Shown: one piece after another, positions 50,796-60,009 of the stretch
How the letters are laid out: each line of letters begins with the position of its first letter
How positions within the stretch are numbered: position 1 is the first letter of the stretch
IMG/VR virus record: IMGVR_UViG_3300037471_000902
Span: 47,858 to 111,857 of that record
DNA length: 64,000 nt
Source of the DNA: a virus
Direction: 5' to 3' (one strand)
The notes under the pieces: model-generated
What the model saw: the letters and a program-made list of their open reading frames with translations, nothing else
Databases searched by the model: none
What the model was told of the DNA's origin: nothing
Program-made: the position numbers and the translations under genes

Positions 50796-51379
50796 TTTAC
50801 GAACTCAAAGTTAAGAGTAATTTTAGGAGCGTAGTAGACACTGTCCTCGTGATACTCTTTGAAATGATCAATTGCTGCCTGAGGAGTGACGGTAATGTTG
50901 GTTGCATGACCGCCTACAGCTCCCGTGTAGTAGGAAACAGACTTTAGCGTCATGATATCTAGATCTTCCTTCACGAGAGTACGGAGGAATGCTGTGATAA
51001 TGCGCTTGGATTTATCATTTATAGCGCGACGTTCGTCCATGGTCATGCGCTTTGTCTTTGCCTTTTGCGCGGCTTTAATGTCTTCAGCGTCATCGCCATC
51101 ATACAGATCTGATAAATCCATCGAGTAGTCTAGGGGAAGGTACTTTCCAGAAATTGAAATAGAATAGTAGACACCATCACCACTAAGGCCTGTAGACATG
51201 TGGTGTTTGTAGTCATAAGTACCGTTTTCATTATCTGAGTGGTTAACGCGAAGCCAGTTAGTTGCGTCAGCAATTTTCTTAACTTTCTCAGAGACAATGT
51301 CGATAGCTCTACGCTGCTCGGGTGAGAGATGTCTAGTAGCTTTCTTTCTAGCTTCAAGAAGGAATTCTTTAAATCTCAT
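50792..51379 (-). CDS. CTS-like protein (MRFKEFLLE) with MDLSDLYDGDD motif
   Basis: ATGA overlaps at both ends (gp25 stop, gp6 start); motif at ~51077-51121. Confidence 0.65.
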   Translation of the reverse strand: MRFKEFLLEARKKATRHLSPEQRRAIDIVSEKVKKIADATNWLRVNHSDNENGTYDYKHHMSTGLSGDGVYYSISISGKYLPLDYSMDLSDLYDGDDAEDIKAAQKAKTKRMTMDERRAINDKSKRIITAFLRTLVKEDLDIMTLKSVSYYTGAVGGHATNITVTPQAAIDHFKEYHEDSVYYAPKITLNFEFVK

Positions 51380-51744
51380 CGAGACTTCACCTCAATATGT
51401 AGAACGTCGCGAACGTTAAACTCAATATAGAGTAGATCCGCGAGGGCGATGATTGCGTTGTTGTCAGGAAGACTGAGCACTTTCAAATCTATGAGTTTGA
51501 CGCGCGGATCATAGTTGCAAACCTCGCGAATGTCCGTCTCAATGATTTTCACCGTCTCAGTATCATTGGGTTCAAATGTCAGAATGGGTATTCTGGTGCC
51601 AAAATTCGGCATCATTACTCGCTCACCCTTGACAGTGTAGATGTGATTCAGCAGGTCGCGCTTCACCAGGTCAATGTTAGACAGAGAGGTAGTTTTGCGC
51701 TGCCTCCAATCTGCCGTTGAAAATCCACGATAAATTCTTGCCAT
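51376..51744 (-). CDS. gp25: Baseplate wedge subunit, T4 gp25-like
   Basis: YRGFST, DLLNHIYTVKGERVMMPNFGTRI, YDPRV. Confidence 0.9.
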   Translation of the reverse strand: MARIYRGFSTADWRQRKTTSLSNIDLVKRDLLNHIYTVKGERVMMPNFGTRIPILTFEPNDTETVKIIETDIREVCNYDPRVKLIDLKVLSLPDNNAIIALADLLYIEFNVRDVLHIEVKSR

Positions 51745-51770
51745 CCCTTATTTATCGGGAAATGACAGGA

Positions 51771-52658
51771 TTAATTTTCGTAATCCTGCTGATGTTTTCT
51801 TAACGCATTTTCTGCGTCAGGATCATCAACAAGTGAGCTGAAGTCAATAGGGATGATGTTCAATAGGCGAAGCACTTCGGCCGGATCTTCCTGCATAGCC
51901 GGCATAGTCCCAGTTTGATTCATCATTTGAAGTATGAATCGACCAGTTGGATCATCAACGACTTGCTCAACTCGTTCAAGAGACATCTTGATAAGCTTTC
52001 CACCGTTCCCATTGGCGACTCGATGTGCTACTAGCGCGCAAACACTTGTAAAGCGGGTATTTCGCGGTGAATAAATTCCATACTCTAAGTTCCACTTCCT
52101 GGTGAGAAGCGGCTTCAATGAGTGCTCGACCCAGTTGTTGAATATATTTTCGCGTTCTTCAGCATCAAAAAATTGCGCCTCGGAAACTTTGCGGTCCTTA
52201 AGAGCTTTCTTTTGCGCATTCTTGATTTCGATTTCAGCTTCTGGATCATCTATCAAGTTGCTTAGATCCATCACATGAATTTCAAGATCACGAGCAATGG
52301 TTTTGGCCGACACGTCAAAACGTGGAATTTCTTCATACTCAGTGTCAATTTGATATGAGACACCAACGTAGTCTTCTGGGTGCGTTGCGTTAAATTCCTT
52401 CCTATCTGCTTCAACAGCAATCCCGCCGTCCATGGCTGGCTCTCTCCAGATGTCAACAGTCCATTCATCCACATTGAAGTCCACATACCACTTCAACACA
52501 TAGTCTTCTGGAATGTTTACATCAGCTAGAACATTCCAGACATCGTCACGCAAGCGACTAGTTAAACTATCAATCCTGTCCCAATATTCATCAGCCTTGG
52601 CGTCAGCATAACTATAGTCATCATCCCAATCATGTTCAAATAGGTTAGATACTTTCAT
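51771..52658 (-). CDS. Two-module CTS-like protein (MKVSNLFE) with two LxDDP motifs
   Basis: MDLSNLIDDPEAE (~52233-52271) and IDFSSLVDDPDAE (~51810-51848); internal VSE/A junction. Confidence 0.65.
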   Translation of the reverse strand: MKVSNLFEHDWDDDYSYADAKADEYWDRIDSLTSRLRDDVWNVLADVNIPEDYVLKWYVDFNVDEWTVDIWREPAMDGGIAVEADRKEFNATHPEDYVGVSYQIDTEYEEIPRFDVSAKTIARDLEIHVMDLSNLIDDPEAEIEIKNAQKKALKDRKVSEAQFFDAEERENIFNNWVEHSLKPLLTRKWNLEYGIYSPRNTRFTSVCALVAHRVANGNGGKLIKMSLERVEQVVDDPTGRFILQMMNQTGTMPAMQEDPAEVLRLLNIIPIDFSSLVDDPDAENALRKHQQDYEN

Positions 52659-53908
52659 TACTTTTTCCAGTTTGGGCCACGCGTCTTTCTAGAAATAGGT
52701 CTAGACCATGGTTCATGATCAGGAACAATAGGCGGAGTCTCAGCTTTGTTTCCGCATTGTGCAGGCTGGGCTGTTCTTGCGGCAGGTCCATTCAAATCGA
52801 TACGAGATCCCTGTAGCTTCATGCCCTTTGCAGATTTCAAATCCAACTCACGATTGCTATTTACCGTAACATCCTGCTTCACGCTAATATCAAGGTTCTT
52901 TTCTCCCAGCAGCAACGCGTTGCCTTCAATGACCTGGTGAAAGTTCCCGCAAACCGACGTGAACATATCCTTGTTAACTTTCAAGTGGAGAGATTTTCCT
53001 GTCGTGATGTTGATGTCACCGTCAGCAGCATTGATGTTCACTCCCTTAACAGCGTCCATGTTGATCTTTCGCCCAGCAGTGAAGTTGATATCCTGATCTG
53101 CAGTAACGCTGAACGATGATGCGCTGTAGACGTGAACATGGCCGTCGCTATCCATTTCAAGCCATGATTTACCCTTGTCAGTGCTGACATAAATGCGTTC
53201 ATTCGCATCATCCATGATCATTTGGTGACCGCTTGCAGTGCGAATACGAGCGCGTGACCAGCGAGGATCATCCTGGAAAATGATTGAATGCCGGCCTGGA
53301 GTTACCCAACAGTAGGTTTGGGAATCAAGGTAGGATTCATTTCTTACTGGTGTACGCGAATAACCTTCTTGTCCATCCTTGTCAAATTGCTGTTGCGCGA
53401 CTTGACGTTCATATAGACCTCGTGTCAGCGTTTCAGGTTCTGTCATCTTGTTCTGAAACTGCTCACGAAGATTGGTGTACGCTGGTTCAATTCTATTCAA
53501 TGACATTCCATCCTCTGAACCTGCGTCACCCCATGGACCTGGTTGACCCCTAGGGTCAACGTTTCTGCCTAACGGCAAAGAGCGGTTTCTATGAAGGCGG
53601 AATGTTGACGCGAAATAGTATCGACGACGTGAATCACCACCTAGGAAGAAGCATAATACAGTAGCCCCCATTTTTGGGATAGCCCAAAAACCATAGGAGG
53701 TGTGTGAACTATTTTCTACGTTTTCGCCGCCAGCTGGAAATTCAACCGTGAATCCGGCCAATGGTGAAGCGTACTCAGCCCATGGTAGCATATCTCCGTC
53801 AAATGAATCTCCATCAATTGCTGGAATCCATACCTTGACGCGACCCATCTGGTCAGGATCATCTGTAAAAATGACCTGACCTTCATAAATGAACGGAACT
53901 AATTCCAT
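52658..53908 (-). CDS. gp5: Baseplate central spike, gp5/VgrG-like (OB fold + beta-helix, no lysozyme domain)
   Basis: DPDQMGRVKVWIP, LPWAEYASP, YGFWAIPKMGATVLCFF, RIRTASGHQMIMDDANERIY, IDLNGP, PDHEPW. Confidence 0.8.
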   Translation of the reverse strand: MELVPFIYEGQVIFTDDPDQMGRVKVWIPAIDGDSFDGDMLPWAEYASPLAGFTVEFPAGGENVENSSHTSYGFWAIPKMGATVLCFFLGGDSRRRYYFASTFRLHRNRSLPLGRNVDPRGQPGPWGDAGSEDGMSLNRIEPAYTNLREQFQNKMTEPETLTRGLYERQVAQQQFDKDGQEGYSRTPVRNESYLDSQTYCWVTPGRHSIIFQDDPRWSRARIRTASGHQMIMDDANERIYVSTDKGKSWLEMDSDGHVHVYSASSFSVTADQDINFTAGRKINMDAVKGVNINAADGDINITTGKSLHLKVNKDMFTSVCGNFHQVIEGNALLLGEKNLDISVKQDVTVNSNRELDLKSAKGMKLQGSRIDLNGPAARTAQPAQCGNKAETPPIVPDHEPWSRPISRKTRGPNWKK

Positions 53909-53911
53909 ATT

Positions 53912-56251
53912 TTATACTCTTCCTACGCCACGATTTGGTCCACGGCGGAAACCAGTACTTGGACCAACAAATGCAGCCCCGCCTCCATTCTCAGTGACAG
54001 TGCGCCCCGGCGGAATAGGTGGTGGGTCAGCGCGGGGTGTGGACGGAGGCACGTCTTCTTTTTTCTTGATTGGCTCAGTCGGTGCTGTTGTCGTCGCATT
54101 CGAGAATGATCCATCATAATCCACTGGGACGAGCGACAGTACATGCTTGAAGGTTCCATTCTCAAACGATGTTGTCATTGCCAAAATCATGTAGTAGCCC
54201 TGATAGAAAAACTTCTGGGTATACATTTCTTTTGGATCAATGACATTTCCAGCTAGATCAAAGTTTGGAGCCTTGATATTTATTTTCACAAACACTGGAC
54301 AAGTTGCGACATCAGAGCCGTCTAGAAGCGGGTCATCAGCAGATTTTCGCATCTCATCGTCATGTTTGGGTTTAACATATTTGTTGAAATACTCCAATTT
54401 AGCTGACTGGAACCGTGTTGACATCCTATTCTTGAAATATTTTTCAATGTCAGGTGCGGCCGAAAGAGTAGTGGTAAACATCTCCAAATCATTTGCACTT
54501 ATTAGTGACGATGGGTGTGGGGGAATACCTCCACGCAGTACAACATCACCATACTTACGAATGAGATTAGGATTGCCTCGAATAGTCAGCTGTGTTTGTA
54601 GAGATCCGGTGAAATGCAAAAATGCCATCGTCGCCGAGTACTCTCTTTTAGCACGCACAACTGCTCGCGCTTGTTCGCCACTTAATTCTTCTGTGCGCTC
54701 ACCAGCATGATTAGTTTTCTCATCCTTCAATTTGATCGGAAAAAAGATAGGATCAGAAGGACGAATGTTGGGATTAAAATCCGGAGTCTTTTCTGTGGTT
54801 GGAGAAGACTGTTTATCCATTTCACTTCTAGATGCACCAGCTTGACTAATGTTGGCAAAGCGCTTATCACCAATCTCAAGATCTCTATCTAGACCAACTA
54901 CAGAAGTTGGAGAAAATTGAATGTCTAAATCTAGAATTTGACTATTTCTACCTGTGAACAGGTAGTCATACGTTATAAGATTTCGTGGACGCCCATCTGG
55001 CAGGGATGCTGCTGCTTTCTTTGGCGAAGCAACTTGATATTTCAATCTACGAGACATCGCATCAGAATACTGTGGATCATCCTTTACTTCTATTTTTGGC
55101 GCACGATATGGATAGACGTCAAAATGGATGACGTAAGTATTTGAATCGCTAGTCACCCCAGCAACTGTCTTGTGGAGAACAGCTTCACCCTGGAGTCGAC
55201 GCTCAAAGCTTGCCAGATCCAAAAATTCCTTAGATGATTCCAAAATCATGCTTAGCGCATCTTGGATAGACAAATTGTCATGAAGGGACAGGTAACTTGC
55301 GCGCGCTTTTGCGGCCGCCTCAGTACTCTTTCCAGAAGCAATCGCGTCTTGCTCTAGTTTTTTAGCGTTCTTCTCGTTTTCTTTTTTCCTAGCAACAAAC
55401 ACTTGCTCGATGTTTTTTGATTTATCAGCGGTGTCAAGTGTAAAATTCTGCCATTCCTCAGGAATGGTGATCATGTATTGAACTAATTTTCCTGCACGCT
55501 CAACCTTTTTGTCCTTTGAACCCTTTGAACCCTTGAGCGCATCGTTAGAATATTTGTTGTAGAACTGAAGAGATGATATGTTCAAGAAATCTTCAAGTGC
55601 TTGAATCATTCCACCAACAGTATTAGCCCTCTTCTCAGTGCTGATGGTCAGAGTTCCGCCAAGATCATTAATTGACGGAATACGCTGACCTGGATTCCCA
55701 CTTACTTCAATGAACTCCAAATCAAACACTGATCCCGAAGACGCGAACTTGAACCCCAGATTAAGGAGGAACATGTTCATGAAGCATTTGTCAATGACTT
55801 TAGTGGTTCCGTCGTCACGATGACCAACGAACTCAACAGATAATAGAAAGAATGCAGACGCTCTAGTTGACTGCAACTTGTTCTTCATGATATCCATCAG
55901 GAAATTGAAAAACGAAAGTCCAGTCGTATCAGTGACTCGCATTTTATGGGCAACTGATGGAACAGTCGGATTTTGAATCTTGCCCGTTCCAAAAATATGA
56001 TGGCATTCAAATGAGTCAACAGTGAAATGCGAGTATCGCTTCGTGTCAAGTATCACATACGCATCCATCCCGTTGATCTTTTCACCTAGACGCGTTTGGC
56101 TAACAATATCTCTAAATGAGACAGACCCACTTTCAGTAGGAGTCAGAAGTTTTCGATATGCCTCAGTCGTATTACCAACAACCAAAGTGAAGTGATAGGA
56201 ATACGACCTAAAATTATCTAGTGGATTTGGGTAGTTATGTTGGTCTGTCAT
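53912..56251 (-). CDS. Baseplate hub protein (gp27/gpD-like)
   Basis: NPLDNFRSYSYHF, YDYLFTGRNSQILDLDI, LTIRGNP, FFYQGYYMI...FENGTFKHVL; adjacent to the gp5-like gene. Confidence 0.65.
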   Translation of the reverse strand: MTDQHNYPNPLDNFRSYSYHFTLVVGNTTEAYRKLLTPTESGSVSFRDIVSQTRLGEKINGMDAYVILDTKRYSHFTVDSFECHHIFGTGKIQNPTVPSVAHKMRVTDTTGLSFFNFLMDIMKNKLQSTRASAFFLLSVEFVGHRDDGTTKVIDKCFMNMFLLNLGFKFASSGSVFDLEFIEVSGNPGQRIPSINDLGGTLTISTEKRANTVGGMIQALEDFLNISSLQFYNKYSNDALKGSKGSKDKKVERAGKLVQYMITIPEEWQNFTLDTADKSKNIEQVFVARKKENEKNAKKLEQDAIASGKSTEAAAKARASYLSLHDNLSIQDALSMILESSKEFLDLASFERRLQGEAVLHKTVAGVTSDSNTYVIHFDVYPYRAPKIEVKDDPQYSDAMSRRLKYQVASPKKAAASLPDGRPRNLITYDYLFTGRNSQILDLDIQFSPTSVVGLDRDLEIGDKRFANISQAGASRSEMDKQSSPTTEKTPDFNPNIRPSDPIFFPIKLKDEKTNHAGERTEELSGEQARAVVRAKREYSATMAFLHFTGSLQTQLTIRGNPNLIRKYGDVVLRGGIPPHPSSLISANDLEMFTTTLSAAPDIEKYFKNRMSTRFQSAKLEYFNKYVKPKHDDEMRKSADDPLLDGSDVATCPVFVKINIKAPNFDLAGNVIDPKEMYTQKFFYQGYYMILAMTTSFENGTFKHVLSLVPVDYDGSFSNATTTAPTEPIKKKEDVPPSTPRADPPPIPPGRTVTENGGGAAFVGPSTGFRRGPNRGVGRV

Positions 56252-57276
56252 TTTTGTGGTGGGAATCTTAGAACAATCTTGATGTCCATTCCCATTTTTG
56301 TATTGATGCTTTTCAGGAGATAGAGCCCCAATCCTCGCCAGCGCAGGTAGGCCGCGTAGTCGCTACTCTGCAAAACATAATGGCTATCCTGATTTTTTGC
56401 CTTCAGTGTCATGCTGACCAGCCCCATTTTCTTCCATCTATCAACCATGCGATAGAATACGAACGTGAAGCGGTCCCATGCGTCTTGACTGAATCCACCG
56501 CCGTGGTCTTTTGTTCTATTCAACAGTTTGCGCATCTCCTCTCTATTTCCATCATAGAGACTTGCAATATTTAATTGAGAGAACGTCATCGACAAATCCA
56601 TCTGGTACCAAAATCCAGTTTCAAGATCAATGCGTTCACCTTCCGTGATTGCATCCCATAGTTCTGAATCATTGAACGCATCGATGTCTGTCGTGCCAGC
56701 ATCTTGAATTCGTTTGACGAATGCTGTAGTATCTACTGCTTCTTCAATCTGGTCAGCAGGTTTTCTAAACCATAGGCGCCATGTGTCATCAAAACTGACT
56801 GTTTCTTCATCAGCTTCATCAGCTTCGTAAGTCGTAAGATGCGTCAAAATGTCAAACTTATCAACTTGAATACGCTCATCAGAAGAAGTGGGTGAAATAA
56901 ACTCAAGACCGTGCGTTTTATACTTTTCGAACAGTTCTTTCAACGCTTTTTTCAGAGTTTCCTTATTAGCTTGCCAAGGATAATTTTTGGGAATGTCAAG
57001 ATCTGTATCACCATCATAAAGATCGTGAAAATTCATCGGTGTTTCGCCCAAATGTCCCTGAATTATGAAGATAAATACCCAAAAATTACCAGTATGGAAT
57101 GGATCACGCGGCGTGTAGATAGCTGAAAGATCGGCAAGGGTCGCCATGCCTAATGTTGTCATTTCATGCTGATATTTTTCAGACACCTTAACTTTTTCAT
57201 CTGCTAGTATCCGCACAAATGGCTGCCGTTTAATATATTCCTGACTTGCTTTGTCAAAGATTTCGTTGATCTTCAT
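56248..57276 (-). CDS. Two-module CTS-like protein (MKINEIFD) with two LYDG motifs
   Basis: MNFHDLYDGDTDLDI (~56992-57036) and LNIASLYDGNREE (~56536-56574); IEE/A junction between the modules. Confidence 0.65.
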   Translation of the reverse strand: MKINEIFDKASQEYIKRQPFVRILADEKVKVSEKYQHEMTTLGMATLADLSAIYTPRDPFHTGNFWVFIFIIQGHLGETPMNFHDLYDGDTDLDIPKNYPWQANKETLKKALKELFEKYKTHGLEFISPTSSDERIQVDKFDILTHLTTYEADEADEETVSFDDTWRLWFRKPADQIEEAVDTTAFVKRIQDAGTTDIDAFNDSELWDAITEGERIDLETGFWYQMDLSMTFSQLNIASLYDGNREEMRKLLNRTKDHGGGFSQDAWDRFTFVFYRMVDRWKKMGLVSMTLKAKNQDSHYVLQSSDYAAYLRWRGLGLYLLKSINTKMGMDIKIVLRFPPQK

Positions 57277-57651
57277 TTAGACAACCACTGGGGAAATAAT
57301 TGGAGTTAATTCACGCTTCGAATCTAAACCGCCCTTACGACCAATCAAAATACTTTCTAGACGAACTTTGGACGGAATGTAGAGGATTCTACCGGCAGTA
57401 ATCTCGCTAATTGGATCCAAAATGTTGTTGTACTGCGCCAAGAACCACCAGAAGCGAGGTTCACCATAGAAAACCGCTGAGATATTGTCAAGGCGCCCTT
57501 CATAGAAATTTTCAACAACATAGATTGTGTCTGATGCATCTTGGGTGAATGTTGCGCGCTCCCACCATTCAATACGATTTCCATCAGTTTCTGTCGCACC
57601 ACCGTGAACATAACGGCTAAATCCGTTGTAGAGACTATTGCTGTTGCTCAT
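57277..57651 (-). CDS. gp53: Baseplate wedge subunit, gp53/LysM-like
   Basis: YEGRLDNISAVFYGEPRFWWFLAQYNNILDP...GRILYIP. Confidence 0.75.
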   Translation of the reverse strand: MSNSNSLYNGFSRYVHGGATETDGNRIEWWERATFTQDASDTIYVVENFYEGRLDNISAVFYGEPRFWWFLAQYNNILDPISEITAGRILYIPSKVRLESILIGRKGGLDSKRELTPIISPVVV

Positions 57652-58745
57652 TTGAAGTTCTTCCCAAAATTAATGGCATCTTGCATTGTTCTAGGTACCC
57701 CATCTGCCTTTGCTCTCGTCATATCAACAAGTGATCCTTCAGCGATTCGCGCCTTAGTCAAGTCAGTAAGCTTTTGGATAGTAGCAGCATCATAGGCGTT
57801 TTGAGGTTCAGAATTAGCAAGTGGTGTAGCCCCTGACACTGTAGCAGCCGCCACATCATTTGCCTGTTGTTCCTTGGCGAGTCCTGATCCAGCTGGCGGC
57901 TGCGCTGGTTTGCTAAATCCCCTGTAAGCATCCTGCATATTGCCAAGTTTGTAATCAGTAATACTGAAAGATGATGTTTCCGCTGGTGACCAGGATTCTT
58001 CAAGAGACAAACTTACTTCAACAATCACCGGCACTGCTACCCCGGTATCAGCTTCAATGTAATCGATTGTGTTGTCATATGCCCAATTGTAATCTTTCAT
58101 GACGCATTTCACTGGTCCAATCATATTGGTACCATAAGCTTTAAGCGTCAAAATTGGCGGTGGTGCGCCAAGGAAATCAGGCATGCTGCTAGCAGTGCCT
58201 TCACCAAAAAACGGCATGCGCCAAGAGCGAATAGTGTTCATAATGAGCAGCGTTCGACGCGCCTCATCTCTCGTGCGGGAAATCAGTTTTGCATTAATAC
58301 TCCACGAGCGAGCGGTGCTGTATCGATATTTTTGAATTACACCAGGGTGATGGGTTGGCTGAACAGCTTCATAATCTGCTCCACCCCTTTCATCAATGCG
58401 TGGCATCACATCAAAGATCACGGTGTCTAAAGCGCCTGAAACACTAGGGCTTTGCGTGATAATGACTTTGCGATCAATCGTTGGTGGACGATCGCCATAA
58501 AGTGCTTCGGGCGGAATGATGTTCTCTGAGCGGTGAACTTCTTCATTTCGAAATTCTGACACAGCATCGATGAGAGAACTGTCGACTTTAGAAGGGTCAG
58601 TGACAACACCTCCATTGAAGTCAGCGATTGTTCCATTAGAGCTCAGTTTTTGCGCGGCCTCAGCAACTTTCTTGTCGACACTTGCTACACCAAAGTCCTG
58701 ATTTTGATAAGTTTCAATTTTCGCGCTAGCACTGTCAAGTGTCAT
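57648..58745 (-). CDS. Baseplate tail-tube initiator-like protein (gp48/gp54/CIS tube-type)
   Basis: ADYEAV...H...KYRYST, GAPPPILTLKAYG, PVIVEVSLSLEESWSP; immediately upstream of the gp53-like gene. Confidence 0.55.
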   Translation of the reverse strand: MTLDSASAKIETYQNQDFGVASVDKKVAEAAQKLSSNGTIADFNGGVVTDPSKVDSSLIDAVSEFRNEEVHRSENIIPPEALYGDRPPTIDRKVIITQSPSVSGALDTVIFDVMPRIDERGGADYEAVQPTHHPGVIQKYRYSTARSWSINAKLISRTRDEARRTLLIMNTIRSWRMPFFGEGTASSMPDFLGAPPPILTLKAYGTNMIGPVKCVMKDYNWAYDNTIDYIEADTGVAVPVIVEVSLSLEESWSPAETSSFSITDYKLGNMQDAYRGFSKPAQPPAGSGLAKEQQANDVAAATVSGATPLANSEPQNAYDAATIQKLTDLTKARIAEGSLVDMTRAKADGVPRTMQDAINFGKNFK

Positions 58746-58746
58746 A

Positions 58747-60009
58747 TTACTCTCCTAGAATCTTTACCAAAATTTCTTTGCTTGGAACCAGCTCCCCATT
58801 AAGATAGGGATAATAATTGCCAGCACCATGGAATTCCCAGCGAGCTGGGTGGAACCCATCTACGAATGGAATAGTATTACCATGAGCAGAATTTTTGTCG
58901 CCGCCGAAAATGTTAGCAAGATCAATAAAGACCTCATTCAGATCAACTTTCTTTTTCTTGTTTTTTAATCTGTCACTTGCCACGTCATCATCCATCAACC
59001 CACTAAAAAAATCTTCCGGAGTTTCTGCTCTTGAACCCTCCGGCATAATCGATATGCCAATATGCCCTTGTGAATCAAAAGGATACATTGAACCAGTGAA
59101 CCAAAATTTATCATTATCTAGTGCGTAGAATGAAAACATTCTGTCCTCATCCTTAAATTTAACGCGTACATCAGGATATTGCTTGAAGAACTCAACAAGA
59201 CGTTGATTGGCCTTTTCTAAGAAGTAAGCTAACAGCGTGATAATACGGGCGCCGCTGAGTTCGTTAGGATTAAATGCCTCCTTTACTTCATCAGGATCAC
59301 CTTTTGCACCATCTATAGTCTTCTTAATCTTATCGAACAGCATTTTGGCAAGCTTTTGGTTTCTTTCTAAACCAACAATCTTCGCGAACTCTTCAAAATA
59401 TCCAAGTTCAGCTGCTCTACGAGCAAGGGACCCTGACACAATGTCAGTTTCAATAGCTTCACCGCCCCTGATAGCCTCTAGCGTATCATCAATGTTGTCC
59501 GCCTTAACAGCGCTTTTGGTCTCAACGGCACTTGCATCACGTTCAAGCGAGATGGGAACGTGCTTGATAGGTTTGTCGTTGGCGTCCTTGAAATATTTGT
59601 TCAAGATATTGATGTAGTCTTGAATGCGATCAGAACCTGCAGCAATAGCAATAGGCTCCATTCCTTGTTGGCGCACTTTAGTCAAGGCCTCAAAAGCGTT
59701 CGTTGCGCTAATGAACTTGACGCCATTTGCATGTCCACTTCCTTGCATGAACGTAATTCGCTCATGAACAGTAAGAGGATTGCGTAGCAGTTCGTCTGCA
59801 GTCTTTTTCTTTTTGTCGTTGCCGATCACAATCACTACTGGGATAGCATCGAGCTGGAGCTTATTAGCACGCACAAATTCGCGCACTTTTTGTATGAGCT
59901 CGTAGTGACCCTTCGTTGGTGGATTGAAGCGTCCAATGATGACAGCAACGCGCTTTGTTCCAGGGCCCGGAACATTCTCAAATAATGATTGGAATTCAAA
60001 CTTATTCAT
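58747..60009 (-). CDS. Cytidylyltransferase-like (HxGH nucleotidyltransferase) protein with a CTS-like N-terminus and an appended LxDD module
   Basis: IIGRFNPPTKGH, NPL, AGSDR, VSGSLARRA motifs. Start moved to MNKFEFQSLFE. C-terminal module after VKE/A carries FSGLMDDDV. Confidence 0.75.
   Translation of the reverse strand: MNKFEFQSLFENVPGPGTKRVAVIIGRFNPPTKGHYELIQKVREFVRANKLQLDAIPVVIVIGNDKKKKTADELLRNPLTVHERITFMQGSGHANGVKFISATNAFEALTKVRQQGMEPIAIAAGSDRIQDYINILNKYFKDANDKPIKHVPISLERDASAVETKSAVKADNIDDTLEAIRGGEAIETDIVSGSLARRAAELGYFEEFAKIVGLERNQKLAKMLFDKIKKTIDGAKGDPDEVKEAFNPNELSGARIITLLAYFLEKANQRLVEFFKQYPDVRVKFKDEDRMFSFYALDNDKFWFTGSMYPFDSQGHIGISIMPEGSRAETPEDFFSGLMDDDVASDRLKNKKKKVDLNEVFIDLANIFGGDKNSAHGNTIPFVDGFHPARWEFHGAGNYYPYLNGELVPSKEILVKILGE

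Noticed and set aside
50792-57276. Inserted ORFs between baseplate genes as homing endonucleases
   Set aside because: No GIY-YIG, HNH or LAGLIDADG motifs seen.
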